A stretch of DNA of 23,499 nt, the filler included, from Folioceros fuciformis (taxonomy: Eukaryota), in NCBI GenBank assembly GCA_049999805.1. It is 5 parts of 5 records of this genome, joined end to end, with 100 filler letters (N's around TTAATTAATTAA, not from the genome) between each part and the next. Parts side by side here need not be neighbours in the genome. Positions count along the whole stretch, not along the records: positions 7,461 to 13,313 come from JBNGIO010007238.1; positions 13,414 to 19,071 come from JBNGIO010007239.1; positions 19,172 to 23,499 come from JBNGIO010007240.1; 2 more parts are not named here. One strand, given 5' to 3'. Made by a program: the position numbers and the translations under genes. This document shows, piece by piece, positions 11,201 to 22,100 of the stretch (the first letter of the stretch is position 1; each line of letters begins with the position of its first letter). The notes below the pieces were generated by a model. The model was given only the letters and a program-made list of their open reading frames with translations. It did no database searches and was not told where the DNA came from.

Positions 11201-12538
11201 ACATGGAAGCTGGTAGACCTACCACCCAACCGGAAACCCATTTCGCGCAAATGGGTATTCAAAATAAAACAAAATGACAAGGGAGAAATAGCCAGATACA
11301 AAGCCAGACTTGTCGCCAGGGGTTTTACACAAGTTGAGGGGCTTGATTACCAAGAGACGTTTTCTCCTGTTGTCAAATCACAATCTGTTAGGATGATCTT
11401 AGCACTAGCTGCTGAATACAATCTGGAGTTATACCAGATGGATGTAAACACGGCCTACCTCTACGGTACATTAGATGAGGACCTCTATATGACACAGCCC
11501 GAAGGCTACGAAGACAGACAGCACCCTAATAAAGTATGCAAATTGCTGAAGACCATCTACGGCTTGAAGCAGAGTGGCAGAATTTGCAAACAGCTTTTAG
11601 ATGAAGTGAAACAAATGCTGAGCAGCAAATACGACATGAAGGATATTGGCGAACTGAGATTCAGCCTGGGCATCCAACTGTTGCGAGTCAGGTCTGAAGG
11701 ACTTTTGATGATCCACCAATACCAGTATATCCAGGATATCTTGGTAAAGTTTAAGTTGGATGAAGCACGTCCTGCAACCACTCCTGCAGCCGTAGGAGTC
11801 AAGCTCACAAGCCTGCAATGTCCTCAGTCGGAAACAGACAAACGGGAGATGGTTACAGTACCTTATCGACATGCGATAGGCAGCCTCCTATTTGTTGGCA
11901 ACTGGACGCGCCCAGATATACAGTATTCTGTGAGCACACTTTCCCAGTTCTTAGAGAACCCTGGCCGTGCACACTGGATAGCTGCTAAACGAGTTTTCCG
12001 TCACCTAAAAGGCACACAATGTTACGGACTATGCTATAAGAGTAGTGTGCAGAATCAACTTACTTTAAGAGGGTTTACGGATGCCGATTGGGCATCTGAC
12101 AGTGATAGCAGGAGAAGCCTTTCCACATACTGTTTCCTCCTAGCAAACGCAGCCATAAATTGGAGCTGTAAAAAGCAACTTTCTATTGCCCTATCATCCA
12201 CGGAAGCAGAATATAAGAGTTTGACAGATGCATCTAAAGAGGCAGAATGGGAAAGAGCTTTCCTTTCAGACTTGGGCCAGCCGCAACTGAAGCCAACACC
12301 CCTGCTATGTGATAATCTGTCAGCCTTAGCCCTCGTTGCTAATCCCAGATTCCACGCTCGAACAAAACACATAGACATTCAGCACCACTATATTAGGAAT
12401 GTGGTGGAACGTGCTGTTGTGAAGGTTGATTACGTCCACACCGACGAGAATACAGCTGACGTGCTTACCAAGGCCCTGTCAAAGACGAAACACTATCAGC
12501 ATATGGAAGGACTTGGTTTGCGTGATCTGTCTGGTTAA
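8255..12538 (+). pseudogene. Copia gag-pol with one in-frame stop and an RT-core deletion
   Basis: CNWCGIAGHWAREC, WYLDSGATSH, HAD/RTDNGGEF/AERKN, QMDVNTAYLYG, FTDADW. The TAG at 11039-11041 is in frame with 11075-12538. The YVDD segment is missing after YGLKQSGRI (near 11585). Confidence 0.95.
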
Positions 12539-12608
12539 CTGTCCAACAGCAAGTGAAGGACTGCACTGTACTTATCTGGTGGTAAGAGGGGTTGGGAGCC
12601 TGTGCTCC

Positions 12609-13166
12609 CTAGCTAGTGAGTGATGTTCTTATTGATTTGATGAAGAGCTCGCCAGTCTCCATCGCCGCCAGACCATCAGTTTCTGCACGTCCCCAAGCAC
12701 AGATATCAACAGGAGTAATCAGCAATATTATACCAAGCCAGGCAGGGCGGATGAAGCGCAACGCAAACCTAAACGTCCTGCAGTTGGCCGTCACTTCAGA
12801 AGCCTCTCTGATCTGCTCCAGCAGCGCTGCCGCTGTCTGCAGCTGATCAACAAGGCCTAACTCTTTCTCGCGTTCGTCGCCAGTCGGTGGCGGGTCATTT
12901 GTCTCCTCCGTCTGTTTTCCCCAGCGGAGGCGCGCATCCAGGCTCATAGCGTATCCTCTGATCTCGAAGATCTGTCCAGTGTTGTGGCACGTATCCCAGC
13001 TGTCTGAGGCGGTGCCCTGAATCCCAATGGTCGGTATGGGGTTTTCCCTTGCAAACCCCGTTGTCGAGGACTGTTGCCTTGTCCTCGCTATGTCGATCAG
13101 GAGCTGGATTACGATGAAGCAGACCAGTTGGATGGACGCGGTGAAGGTCGGGATGAAGATCAACAT
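12609..13166 (-). CDS. Antisense accessory ORF of element 2, 185 aa, N-terminal hydrophobic segment
   Basis: Intact ATG-to-TAG ORF filling nearly the whole pol-PPT interval. It shares motifs with the antisense frames of element 1 (VxQxLxDxxR) and element 4 (LQxxAxxxExxREAx[ED]V). Confidence 0.7.
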   Translation of the reverse strand: MLIFIPTFTASIQLVCFIVIQLLIDIARTRQQSSTTGFARENPIPTIGIQGTASDSWDTCHNTGQIFEIRGYAMSLDARLRWGKQTEETNDPPPTGDEREKELGLVDQLQTAAALLEQIREASEVTANCRTFRFALRFIRPAWLGIILLITPVDICAWGRAETDGLAAMETGELFIKSIRTSLTS

Positions 13167-13184
13167 CGTAAGCTCGTTACGCTT

Positions 13185-13193
13185 AAGAGGGAG
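13185..13193 (+). other. Polypurine tract of element 2
   Basis: AAGAGGGAG followed by TG. Confidence 0.9.
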
Positions 13194-13313
13194 TGTGAAA
13201 CATATATAGTCGTATATATGTTTATTAAGCTACACTTGCTTAGGTTATCGATAAATAGTTTATGTCCGTTTATAAGTGACTTTTCGTAATTAGGTTTAGG
13301 AACATATTAAACC
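13194..13313 (+). repeat. 3' LTR of element 2, partial
   Basis: TGTGAAAC start right after the PPT with an abrupt shift to AT-rich sequence; cut by the spacer. Confidence 0.8.
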
Positions 13314-13413
13314 NNNNNNNNNNNNNNNNNNNNNNNNNNNNNNNNNNNNNNNNNNNNTTAATTAATTAANNNNNNNNNNNNNNNNNNNNNNNNNNNNNNN
13401 NNNNNNNNNNNNN
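13314..13413. other. Artificial contig spacer
   Basis: 44 N + TTAATTAATTAA + 44 N. Confidence 0.98.
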
Positions 13414-13447
13414 ACTCTGTGGGGCTGTCCACCATGTAAGCATTCAA

Positions 13448-16400
13448 TCAGGCAGTAAAATACTTGTTGAAATCTACGAGACCTAAACCCTCTACATGCG
13501 TCTGATGTTTGTGTTTGGGCTGTGGTTTAGTGAGGACATCAGCCGTATTTCCGTCAGTGTGGATATAAACAGGGCTGACAATTCCCCTAGCCTTGACATC
13601 CCTAACGTAGTGATGTGCAATTTCTATATGTTTCGTTCTAGCGTGAAACCTAGGACGATCAACAAGGGCTAGGGCAGATTGATTATCACAGTGCAGTGTA
13701 GTAGGGAGTAGCTGCTCACAGTGCACTGAGGAGAGGAAAGAGCGTGCCCATTCAGCTTCTTTCGCAGCATCGGTGAGGCATTTATATTCTGCTTCAGTGC
13801 TTGAGAGGGCAATGCTGCTTTGTTTCTTACAGCTCCATGTAACGGCTGCAGAAGATAAGAAGAAGACATATGTAGACAAGCTCTTGCGTGTGTCCCCATC
13901 AGATGCCCAGTCAGCATCAGCAAAGGCTGACAAGGTAGGTGTTTCTCTTGTTCTTTTGTAGCATAGTCCATAATTATGTGTCCCCTTCAAATAACGAAAT
14001 ACTCGTTTGATGGCAGTCCAGTGATTACGGCCAGGACAGTCCAGAAATTGAGAGGCTGTGTTCACAGCATATGTGATATCTGGCCGAGTCCAATTACTTA
14101 CAAACAATAAGCTGCCGACTGCGTGCCGGTATGGGACATCTTTCATATCAGCAATGTCAGCAGCTGAAACGGGACTGTCATCCTTGGTGAGTTTGACACC
14201 ACTTGCACAAGGTGTGTTGGCAGGATGTGCATTGTCCATGTTAAAACGTTGGAGAATTTCTGAAATATATTTACGCTGATGGATAATGATCAACCCCTCT
14301 GCACGTACTCTCAATACTTGTATACCAAGACAAAATTTCAGCTCCCCTACATTTGTCATTTCAAATTCTGTTCGTAACATGTCTTGAACTCGTGCTAACA
14401 AGTGGGTATCATTTCCAGCAAATATGGCATCATCAACGTAAACAGCCAGAAGAACATAAGAGGTGCCATCATCATAGATGTAGACAGAAGGATCTCCAGG
14501 GCTCTGTCGAAATCCAAGGCCCTTTAGGCAAGTATCCAGTCTTGCATTCCACCGTTCTGCACTTTGTTTAAGGCCGTAAATGCAATTAATAAGCTGACAC
14601 ACATAGTCTGGATGATCAGGGTCTTCATAGCCTTCGGGCTGTTCCATATACAATTCTTCTTCGAGTATCCCATGTAAGAAGGCCGTTTTCACATCCATTT
14701 GCTACAGTTCTAAGTCACGCTCAGCAGCTAAAGCAAGCATGAGGCGAATTGATTGAGAGCGTACCACTGGAGAAAATGTCTCTTGGAAATCCAGACCAGG
14801 TATTTGTGTGAATCCACGTGCGCAGAGCCTTGCTTTATAACATGCTATGTTACCATCAGCATCTAACTTATGCTTGAATACCCATTTGCAGGTTATAGGT
14901 TTGCGCCCCTTAGGACGAGGAACAAGTTTCCAGGTACCATTTTGCATAAGACTGTTGAATTCATCATCCACAGCATGCCTCCATTTATCTCTATCGGGAC
15001 CTGAAAATGCTTCTTTGAGAGTGACAGGCTCAGGAGGGATAATGGGCAAAGAGGCATTGTGGACAGATGGGATACAGACTCCCACTGACTTACGAAAGTC
15101 GATAGATGTGTAACGGGGCTCTAGCCATTCAGAGGGAGGGCAATGAGCACGTGTAGACCTACGTACAGGTTCATGTGTAACATCAGCTGAAACTGGCAAT
15201 GCTGGTAATGTCTCTTCTTCACCAGAAGAATCAGAAGATTGGGAAGAACTGTCAGGTTCAGGTTCTGATTCTACGGGGTTAACTGGATTGTGGGGAAGAT
15301 CATGATCTGAATTTTCAGCATTGTCATGTGCAGATTCTACATCAGGCTCTGCATCTAGTGGAGTATCAGCTGGAGGAGCAGGTGGGAACATGACATCAGC
15401 ATCAGCTTCACCGTCAACATCATCTGGATACTCACCAGAATTTTCAGAATACAATTGGCTGGTAGAATCCCCCAAAGTGCCTGGTAAATAAGGAGAATCA
15501 GCTGATGATGGAACCAAATGCTCAATAAAGGTAACACTACGGGCTACCACCGGCTGCATATTGTGCATATCAAGAATTTTGTAGCCCTTAGTCACTTCAC
15601 TGTAGCCTACAAATACAAGCTGTCTCGAGCGATTGTCAAGCTTACGTCTCTTCTCTGCAGGCACATAAGCAAAGGCTCGAGAACCAAATATGCGAAGATG
15701 TAAAAGACTTGGCTTTCTATTCCAAAAGAGCTGAAAAGGTGTGCCACCAGGAACAGAACGAGAGGTAAGGCGGTTCAAAATGTAGGTTGTTGTGACAACA
15801 GCCTCAGCCTAGAAAGGATTGGGCAGTCCAGACCATAAAAGCATGGAGCGCGTCATCCCCATCAGAGTCTGGTTCTTTCTTTCCGCCACGCCGTTCTGCT
15901 GCTGCGTGTATGGAACTATCAGCTGATGGATAATGCCTTGTATTTCCAGGAAATGCTCAAAGGCAAAGCTTGTAAATTCCCCTCCGTTGTCGGTGCGGAA
16001 CATCTTCAGCATGCGACCAGATTGCCTTTGAACAACCAACAGCCAGTCTTGAAATATCTGAAAGGTGTCACTCTTATGCTCCATAGGGTAGGTCCATGTA
16101 TATCTGCTATAGTCATCAGTGAGAGTAAAATAATATAATGCTCCACCAAGAGATTGTTCTTGAAGTCTCCCACTAATGTCAGCATGTACTAACTCCAGAA
16201 CTGCCGTGGATCGAAATGCAGGAACTGTAGGAAAAAGAGTCTCCCGCTGTTTTGCCAAAGCACAAACTTCGCATATGGGCAGATCTTTGAAACAGCGAGG
16301 AAGAGGCTCCCTGTAACAGTCCTGCCTTGATAAGTCAACAAGTTTAGAACGGTTTGCATGCCCAAGGCGGGCATGCCAAAGTATAACCTGCTGAGCTGTT

Positions 16401-17794
16401 GTCAAGGGACCAACAGCTGTTGAATTTACTTGTTCACGGCGGATACAAGAGATATCCAGACGATACAATTCTGAATCTAGGACAGCTTTGAAAATACAGC
16501 GAGAAGGTGAGCTACAATGAGCAAAGCAACATGTGGTTTCTGAGACTGTAAGTATGAGGTCCTTCATCTGCATTATCTTGCTAAGTGACATTAAATTTTT
16601 AGCCATCTTAGGAACATAAAGAACATCTGGTAAAACTAAGACAGTATCATCATGAAGTGGGAACTTACAGATGCCTTTACCATGTATGTGCAGACTGCTG
16701 GAACTGGATTCATCACCTAAGAACACTCGTTCAGAAATAGTGGTAAGGGTCAAGCTAGTGAATTGGAGCTCATCACGACATATGTGAGCGGTGGCACCGC
16801 TATCAAGGTACCAACTGTCTACCTCACTCGTTTGAGTGCTCAGGCAGACTGTTAATATTTTCACAACTGGTTTGCTTGACTGAGGTTCGGAAACCTTTTC
16901 TTTTGATTGTGATGTGGCAGGTGCAGCTGTAGGTCGAGGTGTTGCCCGTTGAGGCTCCCCGGCCTTTTTCTTTCTGCACTCTCTGGCCCAGTGCCCAGGA
17001 GTCCCACACCAATTGCAGTTACCTTGTCTCCTTGATGCAGAAGGTTGAGTGGCATTGCGCTGAGCAGGTGGTTGACCTCTCCCTCTGCCTCTCATGTTGA
17101 ATCGACCCCCTCTTGTCGCAGAAAAAACTTTGTCAGTTTTAGAACGGCTGTGTTGTCCCCTTGATGACATTTGGCGGCTCATTTCCTCTTGATATAGAGC
17201 CCCAATAACATCTGTGAGCTTGACACTCTGGCTGGCAGCTCGAATGGGACCATTTTGCGTGGTGACAAATGTCTGGTAATTGGGAGGCAGGCTGGTGAGA
17301 AGCTGAGCTACCGCATCCACCTCTTGCATAGTTGTGCCAAGAGCAGCCATTTGAGCACGCAAGTGCCTAAATCGACTAGTGAATGCTGCAACAGAATCTC
17401 CTTCCTTCATGCGCAAGGTATAAAATTGCTGCCTTACTGCGCATAAGCTCATCATTGTTTCAACTTTATAAGTTCCTGTAAGCTGATCCCAAATTGCTTT
17501 TGCATTGGTGAGAAACTCGACTTCAGGGACAAGATCAGACTCAAGCCCATTGACTAGGAGGGCTACAGCAATTCTGTTCAGGTTATCCCATGCATCTTTC
17601 TGTTTTTGAGTAACAGTAGCTCCTGCTGTTGTAGGATTAGAAGGAGTGCCGGGATCTGGTTTTGTCCCATCAACTACATCCCAGACTCCACGAGCAAGTA
17701 AAGTGGATTTCATCCTAACACTCCAAATATCAAAACTCGTGCCATTAAATCTGTCTGTACTCTTAAGATCAGAGGTAAAAGTAGGGGCTGACAT
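13448..17794 (-). pseudogene. Copia gag-pol with two in-frame TAG stops
   Basis: Three track ORFs share one frame. The likely start is ATG 17794 (MSAPTFTSDLK, matching MTDPTFTSELK of element 2). Stops at 15809-15811 (conserved Trp of WAEA) and 14702-14704 (before QMDVKTAF). CCHC, DSG, DDE, YVDD and RNase H motifs are present. Confidence 0.95.
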
Positions 17795-18146
17795 GACTGT
17801 ATGTGTGCAGGTAGCTACAGCTGTACAACAGAAAAGATGGAGGCAGCAAGCAAAGACCAACTAACAAGGAAGACGTAACTAATGCAAAAAATGAATAGTA
17901 ACCATTCAAATCTTAGTGTGTAACTGTCAAGATACGAAACGTGCCCTAAAAAATATAAACTAGGGCTAAAGGAAGGAAAGCAGTTGGGATTCAGCAGAAC
18001 ATGAAGGGAAGCCTACAGGTGACATACTCAGGTAACCCTAATCGTCTCTTCATATCTGCAATCTGTGGCTGGAGCAATTGAGCAGATACTGCAATCCAGC
18101 ACCAAATCCCTAATTGCAACTCCTCTCCTTGTGCAGCGGAAACAAA

Positions 18147-18789
18147 TCACAGGATCGTGATAGGTGGGCAATCATGCTCTGAAGATTTAGATTCTCCTGA
18201 AATGAATGGTGACTCCGCCTTCAATTTCTCAAGGGGAGGTAAATTAGAAGCTCCAAGTAGAAGTAGCAATTGATTGCTGATACGTTGCAAATGACTAGAG
18301 TATTCTTCCTTCAAAGAAGAAAGTGCATGTTGAAGGCGTTTCTCTTGTTCATGCATAACCTCTAAAAAAAAAATCCTGTTTTGCGCGCAATTGAGCCACA
18401 CGTGTCTCAATACGATTATAATAAAATTCCACCACAGAATAAGCATCTTCATAATCAGGATATTCAAAATCAGAATCTTCTGAAATAGCATCATCAAGAA
18501 ACTCCAAATTGGACCGAAATTTATGATTTTCAGGAACTGGTTTTGAGTGGCTCCTGGGAGCCCCAATCTCTTGATGCCTATTCCTACTTTGCTCCCGCGT
18601 CAAGTTGCGGAGCCTTCTTTGTTCTTGCAATTGCTACTTCCAAAATTGTCGTAGTGAAACTCGATAATTATTGAATGTCTCATCGGTCCATGGCAATTTA
18701 GGAGTGGGTGGAGGAATATGTGATTCACGCTGGTGCCTTGGAGGAAATTCACCACGCGAAGAAACACGTTCTCCACGACCACGTGGCAT
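18147..18789 (-). pseudogene. Upstream accessory ORF0 of element 3 (about 213 aa reconstructed)
   Basis: ATG 18789 reads MPRGRGERVSSRGEFPPRHQ...FWK*QLQEQRR (TAG 18634-18636), in frame with track ORF 18349-18630. Removing one base from the 10-nt homopolymer at 18364-18373 joins it to ...FLEVMHEQEKRLQHALSSL, ending at 18147. Confidence 0.65.
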
Positions 18790-18823
18790 TGCAAGATACA
18801 AAGGATTCAAACACCATCAAGGC

Positions 18824-18835
18824 GCTCTGATACCA
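18824..18835 (-). other. Primer binding site complementary to initiator tRNA-Met
   Basis: TGGTATCAGAGC on the minus strand directly after the LTR-terminal CA. Confidence 0.95.
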
Positions 18836-19024
18836 TGCGGAGATACCTCATGCATCTAGCAAGAAAGGCCAGCATGCAGAGGCATGCGAGAGCAATAGAA
18901 CAAAACGATGTGTATTCAATAATAAGCAGAAAAATGTTATATACAAAAAGTACCCTATTAACCCTAAATAACATAACCTAAAAGTAAGTAGGGATATTTA
19001 ACCGTCGGGGTTATTAATCCAACA
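18836..19024 (-). repeat. 5' LTR of element 3 (about 189 bp)
   Basis: The minus strand reads TGTTGG...CCGCA then the PBS; AT-rich with an internal TATA. The 5' boundary is inferred from TGTTGG and a composition change, since no second copy is available. Confidence 0.75.
18937..18943 (-). promoter_or_regulatory. Putative sense TATA box in the element 3 LTR
   Basis: TATATAA on the minus strand in mid-LTR, followed by T/C-rich sequence. Confidence 0.5.
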
Positions 19025-19071
19025 CTGGCGAGGAATCGGGTCTGTGGCTGGTTTCCTGATGTTGGGCTGTG

Positions 19072-19171
19072 NNNNNNNNNNNNNNNNNNNNNNNNNNNNN
19101 NNNNNNNNNNNNNNNTTAATTAATTAANNNNNNNNNNNNNNNNNNNNNNNNNNNNNNNNNNNNNNNNNNNN
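19072..19171. other. Artificial contig spacer
   Basis: 44 N + TTAATTAATTAA + 44 N. Confidence 0.98.
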
Positions 19172-19173
19172 TG

Positions 19174-22100
19174 GACGTGACTGCTCAGCTGCTTTCTAGC
19201 TTGCCTTCATCCTACCAGAATTTTGTGTCCAGTCAGAACTCCATTTTGCGAGATGCATATAAGGAAGTTGCTTCTGGTCTTCCTTCCACCTTAAGCTTGA
19301 ATGAAGTGGTTGGTGCCCTGCTACAGGAGGAACAGAGCCGTCAGAGGTCTGGTTCCTCTCGCCTGCGAGGAGACAAGGTTTTGGTTGCTAAAGTGAAAGG
19401 GCCTTGGAAAGGAAAGACTAAAGGAAAACAGCAGCAGATGTTCTCACCTGGACAGTATGCTGGCTCCTTTTTGTCTACTCCAGTGAAGCGCCAGGGAAAC
19501 TGTAACTGGTGTGGTGTAGCTGGACATTGGGAAAGAGACTGTAAGAAAAAGAAAGCAGGGAGTCCGAAGCGCGAGAGTAAACCTAAAGCTCATGTTGCAA
19601 CAAAGGACTCCAGGAATCCTTCTTCTTCTTCAACTCTTCCCAGAAGTAGCAGTACTGCGTTGACAGTTTGTCTCACTTCTTCCTGCCATGGTCCATCATG
19701 TTGGTTTGTCGATTTTGGAGCAACAGCACATGTCTGCAATGATAGGGATCAGTTTGCAGCTTTTCGCACACGGTCTTACCCACAATCTGTTTTTGTTGGT
19801 GACTCTCGTGCTATACAAGTCAAGGGAGCTGGCATAGTACACTTGTCCTTGCCTGATGGTTCGTCCTTGACTTTAGAGAATGTCCTTTATGTACCTGACA
19901 TGAGTAAAAATCTATTATCAGTCCGAGCAATTGCACAAGGTTCTACTTACGGTTTCAGGTTTGAGGACAAGTGTTGTTACCTTTACATGTTGTCTGAGCC
20001 TGAAACCTACATAGCCAAAGTTACACTGTGTGAGGACTTGTATCAGTTAGACACAGTGTCTAAAGACAAAGCTAGAGTTCTTGTTTCTTCTGTCAATGCT
20101 CAAGCTTACCTCTGGCATGCTCGCCTAGGTCATGTGAATTGCTCTAAGCTGGATTTGATGTCCAGGTCTGATTGTTATCGGGAACGTCTTCCTTCTTGTT
20201 TCAAGCACTTGCCTGTGTGCAGCGCATGTGCCTTATCCAAACAGAAGGAGCTCCCTTTTCCTAAGTCTGCCACAAGAGCAAAGGGAATCTTGGATTTAAT
20301 TCATGCAGACATTTCAGGAAGAATGCCTGTCAAATCACTTGGAGGCGCTGAGTATTATCTTACCTTGACTGATGATTATTCACGTTATACCTGGACATTC
20401 CCCATGGCTGTGAAGAGTGAGGTGTGTGACATCCTTTTAGCTTGGATTCCTATGGTTCATCTGCAGACAGGACAACAGGTTAAATGTTTCCGTACCGACA
20501 ATGGGGGAGAGTTCACAGGAGGAAATGTGGATGCCTTGTTTCGTCAGTACGGAATCACTAAGCAACTTGCTATTCCATATACCCAGCAACAGAATGGTGT
20601 GTCCGAAAGGAGGAATCAAATTCTTATGGGTATGACACGGAGTGAGCTGTCTTGGTCTGGATTGCCTAAATCCTATTGGGCTGAAGCTATTGTCTATGCT
20701 ACATATACTCTGAATAGGGTTCTTACCTCTGCTGTCGTTGGTCGGACTCCATATGAGGCCTTCTGGGGTCGAAAACCTAGTATTCTCCATCTGCGAGTGT
20801 TTGGTTCACTTGCTTATGCTTATATTCCTACACCCAAGCGAAACAAGTTGGATGATAGGTCTCAGCCACTTGTGTTTGTTGGTTATTCAGAGGAATCTAA
20901 GGCTTACAAGTTGCTGGACCCTGCAACTAAGAAGATTGTTCTAGCTCGAAGTGCTACTTTCAAGGAACTTTTATTACCTCGTGTAGTGTCCTCTGTAGAG
21001 CAACTTGATGCAGGGAGTTGTGGTGAATCTGCAAGTCCAAGTCTGGAGCATGAGTCAACAGATGCTTTAGTTCCAGCTGTTTTTCCTATGTCAGATGGTG
21101 AACCAAGTGTTGTGGATGATGCTTCAGACGTACATGGTTCCTCTACTTCAGCTGTGAATCAGAACTGTGAGCAAGACAGTGAGCAGATTTTAGTACCTGA
21201 TGTACAAGGGGCTGATGTTGTGGAGCCTCTTGACATTCCTCATGATGATGGTTCAGATTCCTTGTCAGTTGCCAGCAGTGCAGAGTCTGTTGCTGATGAT
21301 TCAGATACTTTGCCTCATGACACTACAGCTGCAGAGGGAGTACAACCACCTATCATTCATGAGTTAGAACCAGCTGAAGATCCTCCTCTACCAGCTGAAG
21401 ATCCTCCTCCTAGGTATCCAACAAGAGAAAGGAGAGGACGAGCTGACTGGATGGAGTCACCATACCAAGCTGTTGATTTCCGGAGGTCTTATGCCCATGT
21501 TGTTGATGTTCATGTGCCTGAGGTGAGGCCAGATCCACAAAGCTATTCGGAAGCCTTGAATGGACCGGATGGTCATCATTGGCGTATCTCCATCGATGAT
21601 GAATATAATTCTTTGATTAAGAATCACACATGGGAGCTTGCTGATCTCCCGCCTGGCCGTAAGCCTATCTCCTGCAAATGGGTGTTTAAAACCAAGTTGA
21701 AGTCAGATGGTACTATAGCACGCTATAAGTCACGCTTAGTAGCAAGAGGTTTTTCACAGATACTTGGTATCGACTATGGTGACACTTTTTCACCAGTAGT
21801 GAAGCCACCCTCTATACGTATTCTTCTTGCTATGGCTGCCGAATTTGACCTTGAATTGCATCAGATGGATGTGTGTACAGCCTTTCTGCATGGTGAGCTT
21901 GAAGAGGTACTGTACATGCTCCAGCCTGAAGGGTTTGTGGACAAGAAGTTTCCAAAGAAGGTGTGTAAGTTGTTGAAAACTATCTACGGTCTTAAGCAAA
22001 GTCCTCAAGCGTGGTATAAACGAATTACAGCTTTTCTAAGGAAACATGGCTTTATTCAGTCTCCAGCAGACTCTAATGTATTTTACCTTGCTGTTGGGTC

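Larger units (their letters stand above)
7461..13313 (+). mobile_element. Ty1/copia LTR retrotransposon, element 2 (5' end truncated)
   Basis: gag-pol, PPT and start of 3' LTR. Confidence 0.96.
13414..19024 (-). mobile_element. Ty1/copia LTR retrotransposon, element 3 (3' end truncated)
   Basis: 5' LTR, PBS, ORF0 and full-length gag-pol on the minus strand. Confidence 0.96.

Noticed and set aside
12684-12769. Possible intron inside the element 2 antisense ORF (AG|GTTTGC...GTGCAG on the minus strand)
   Set aside because: Removing it gives an almost immediate stop while the unspliced frame is open; it cannot be supported without transcripts.
13074-13289. Acidic sense ORF MPCPRYVDQELDYDEADQ
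   Set aside because: Non-ATG start and it crosses the PPT/LTR boundary. It is best explained as the mirror of the hydrophobic antisense N-terminus.
17795-17860. N-terminal extension MVFACCLHLFCCTAVATCTHTV of element 3 Gag
   Set aside because: TTG start in a T-rich intron-like tract; homology points to ATG 17794.
1026-19171. Four identical TTAATTAATTAA motifs, and apparent tandem clustering or nesting of retroelements
   Set aside because: These are artificial six-frame-stop linkers inside N runs; the contigs are not known to be adjacent.
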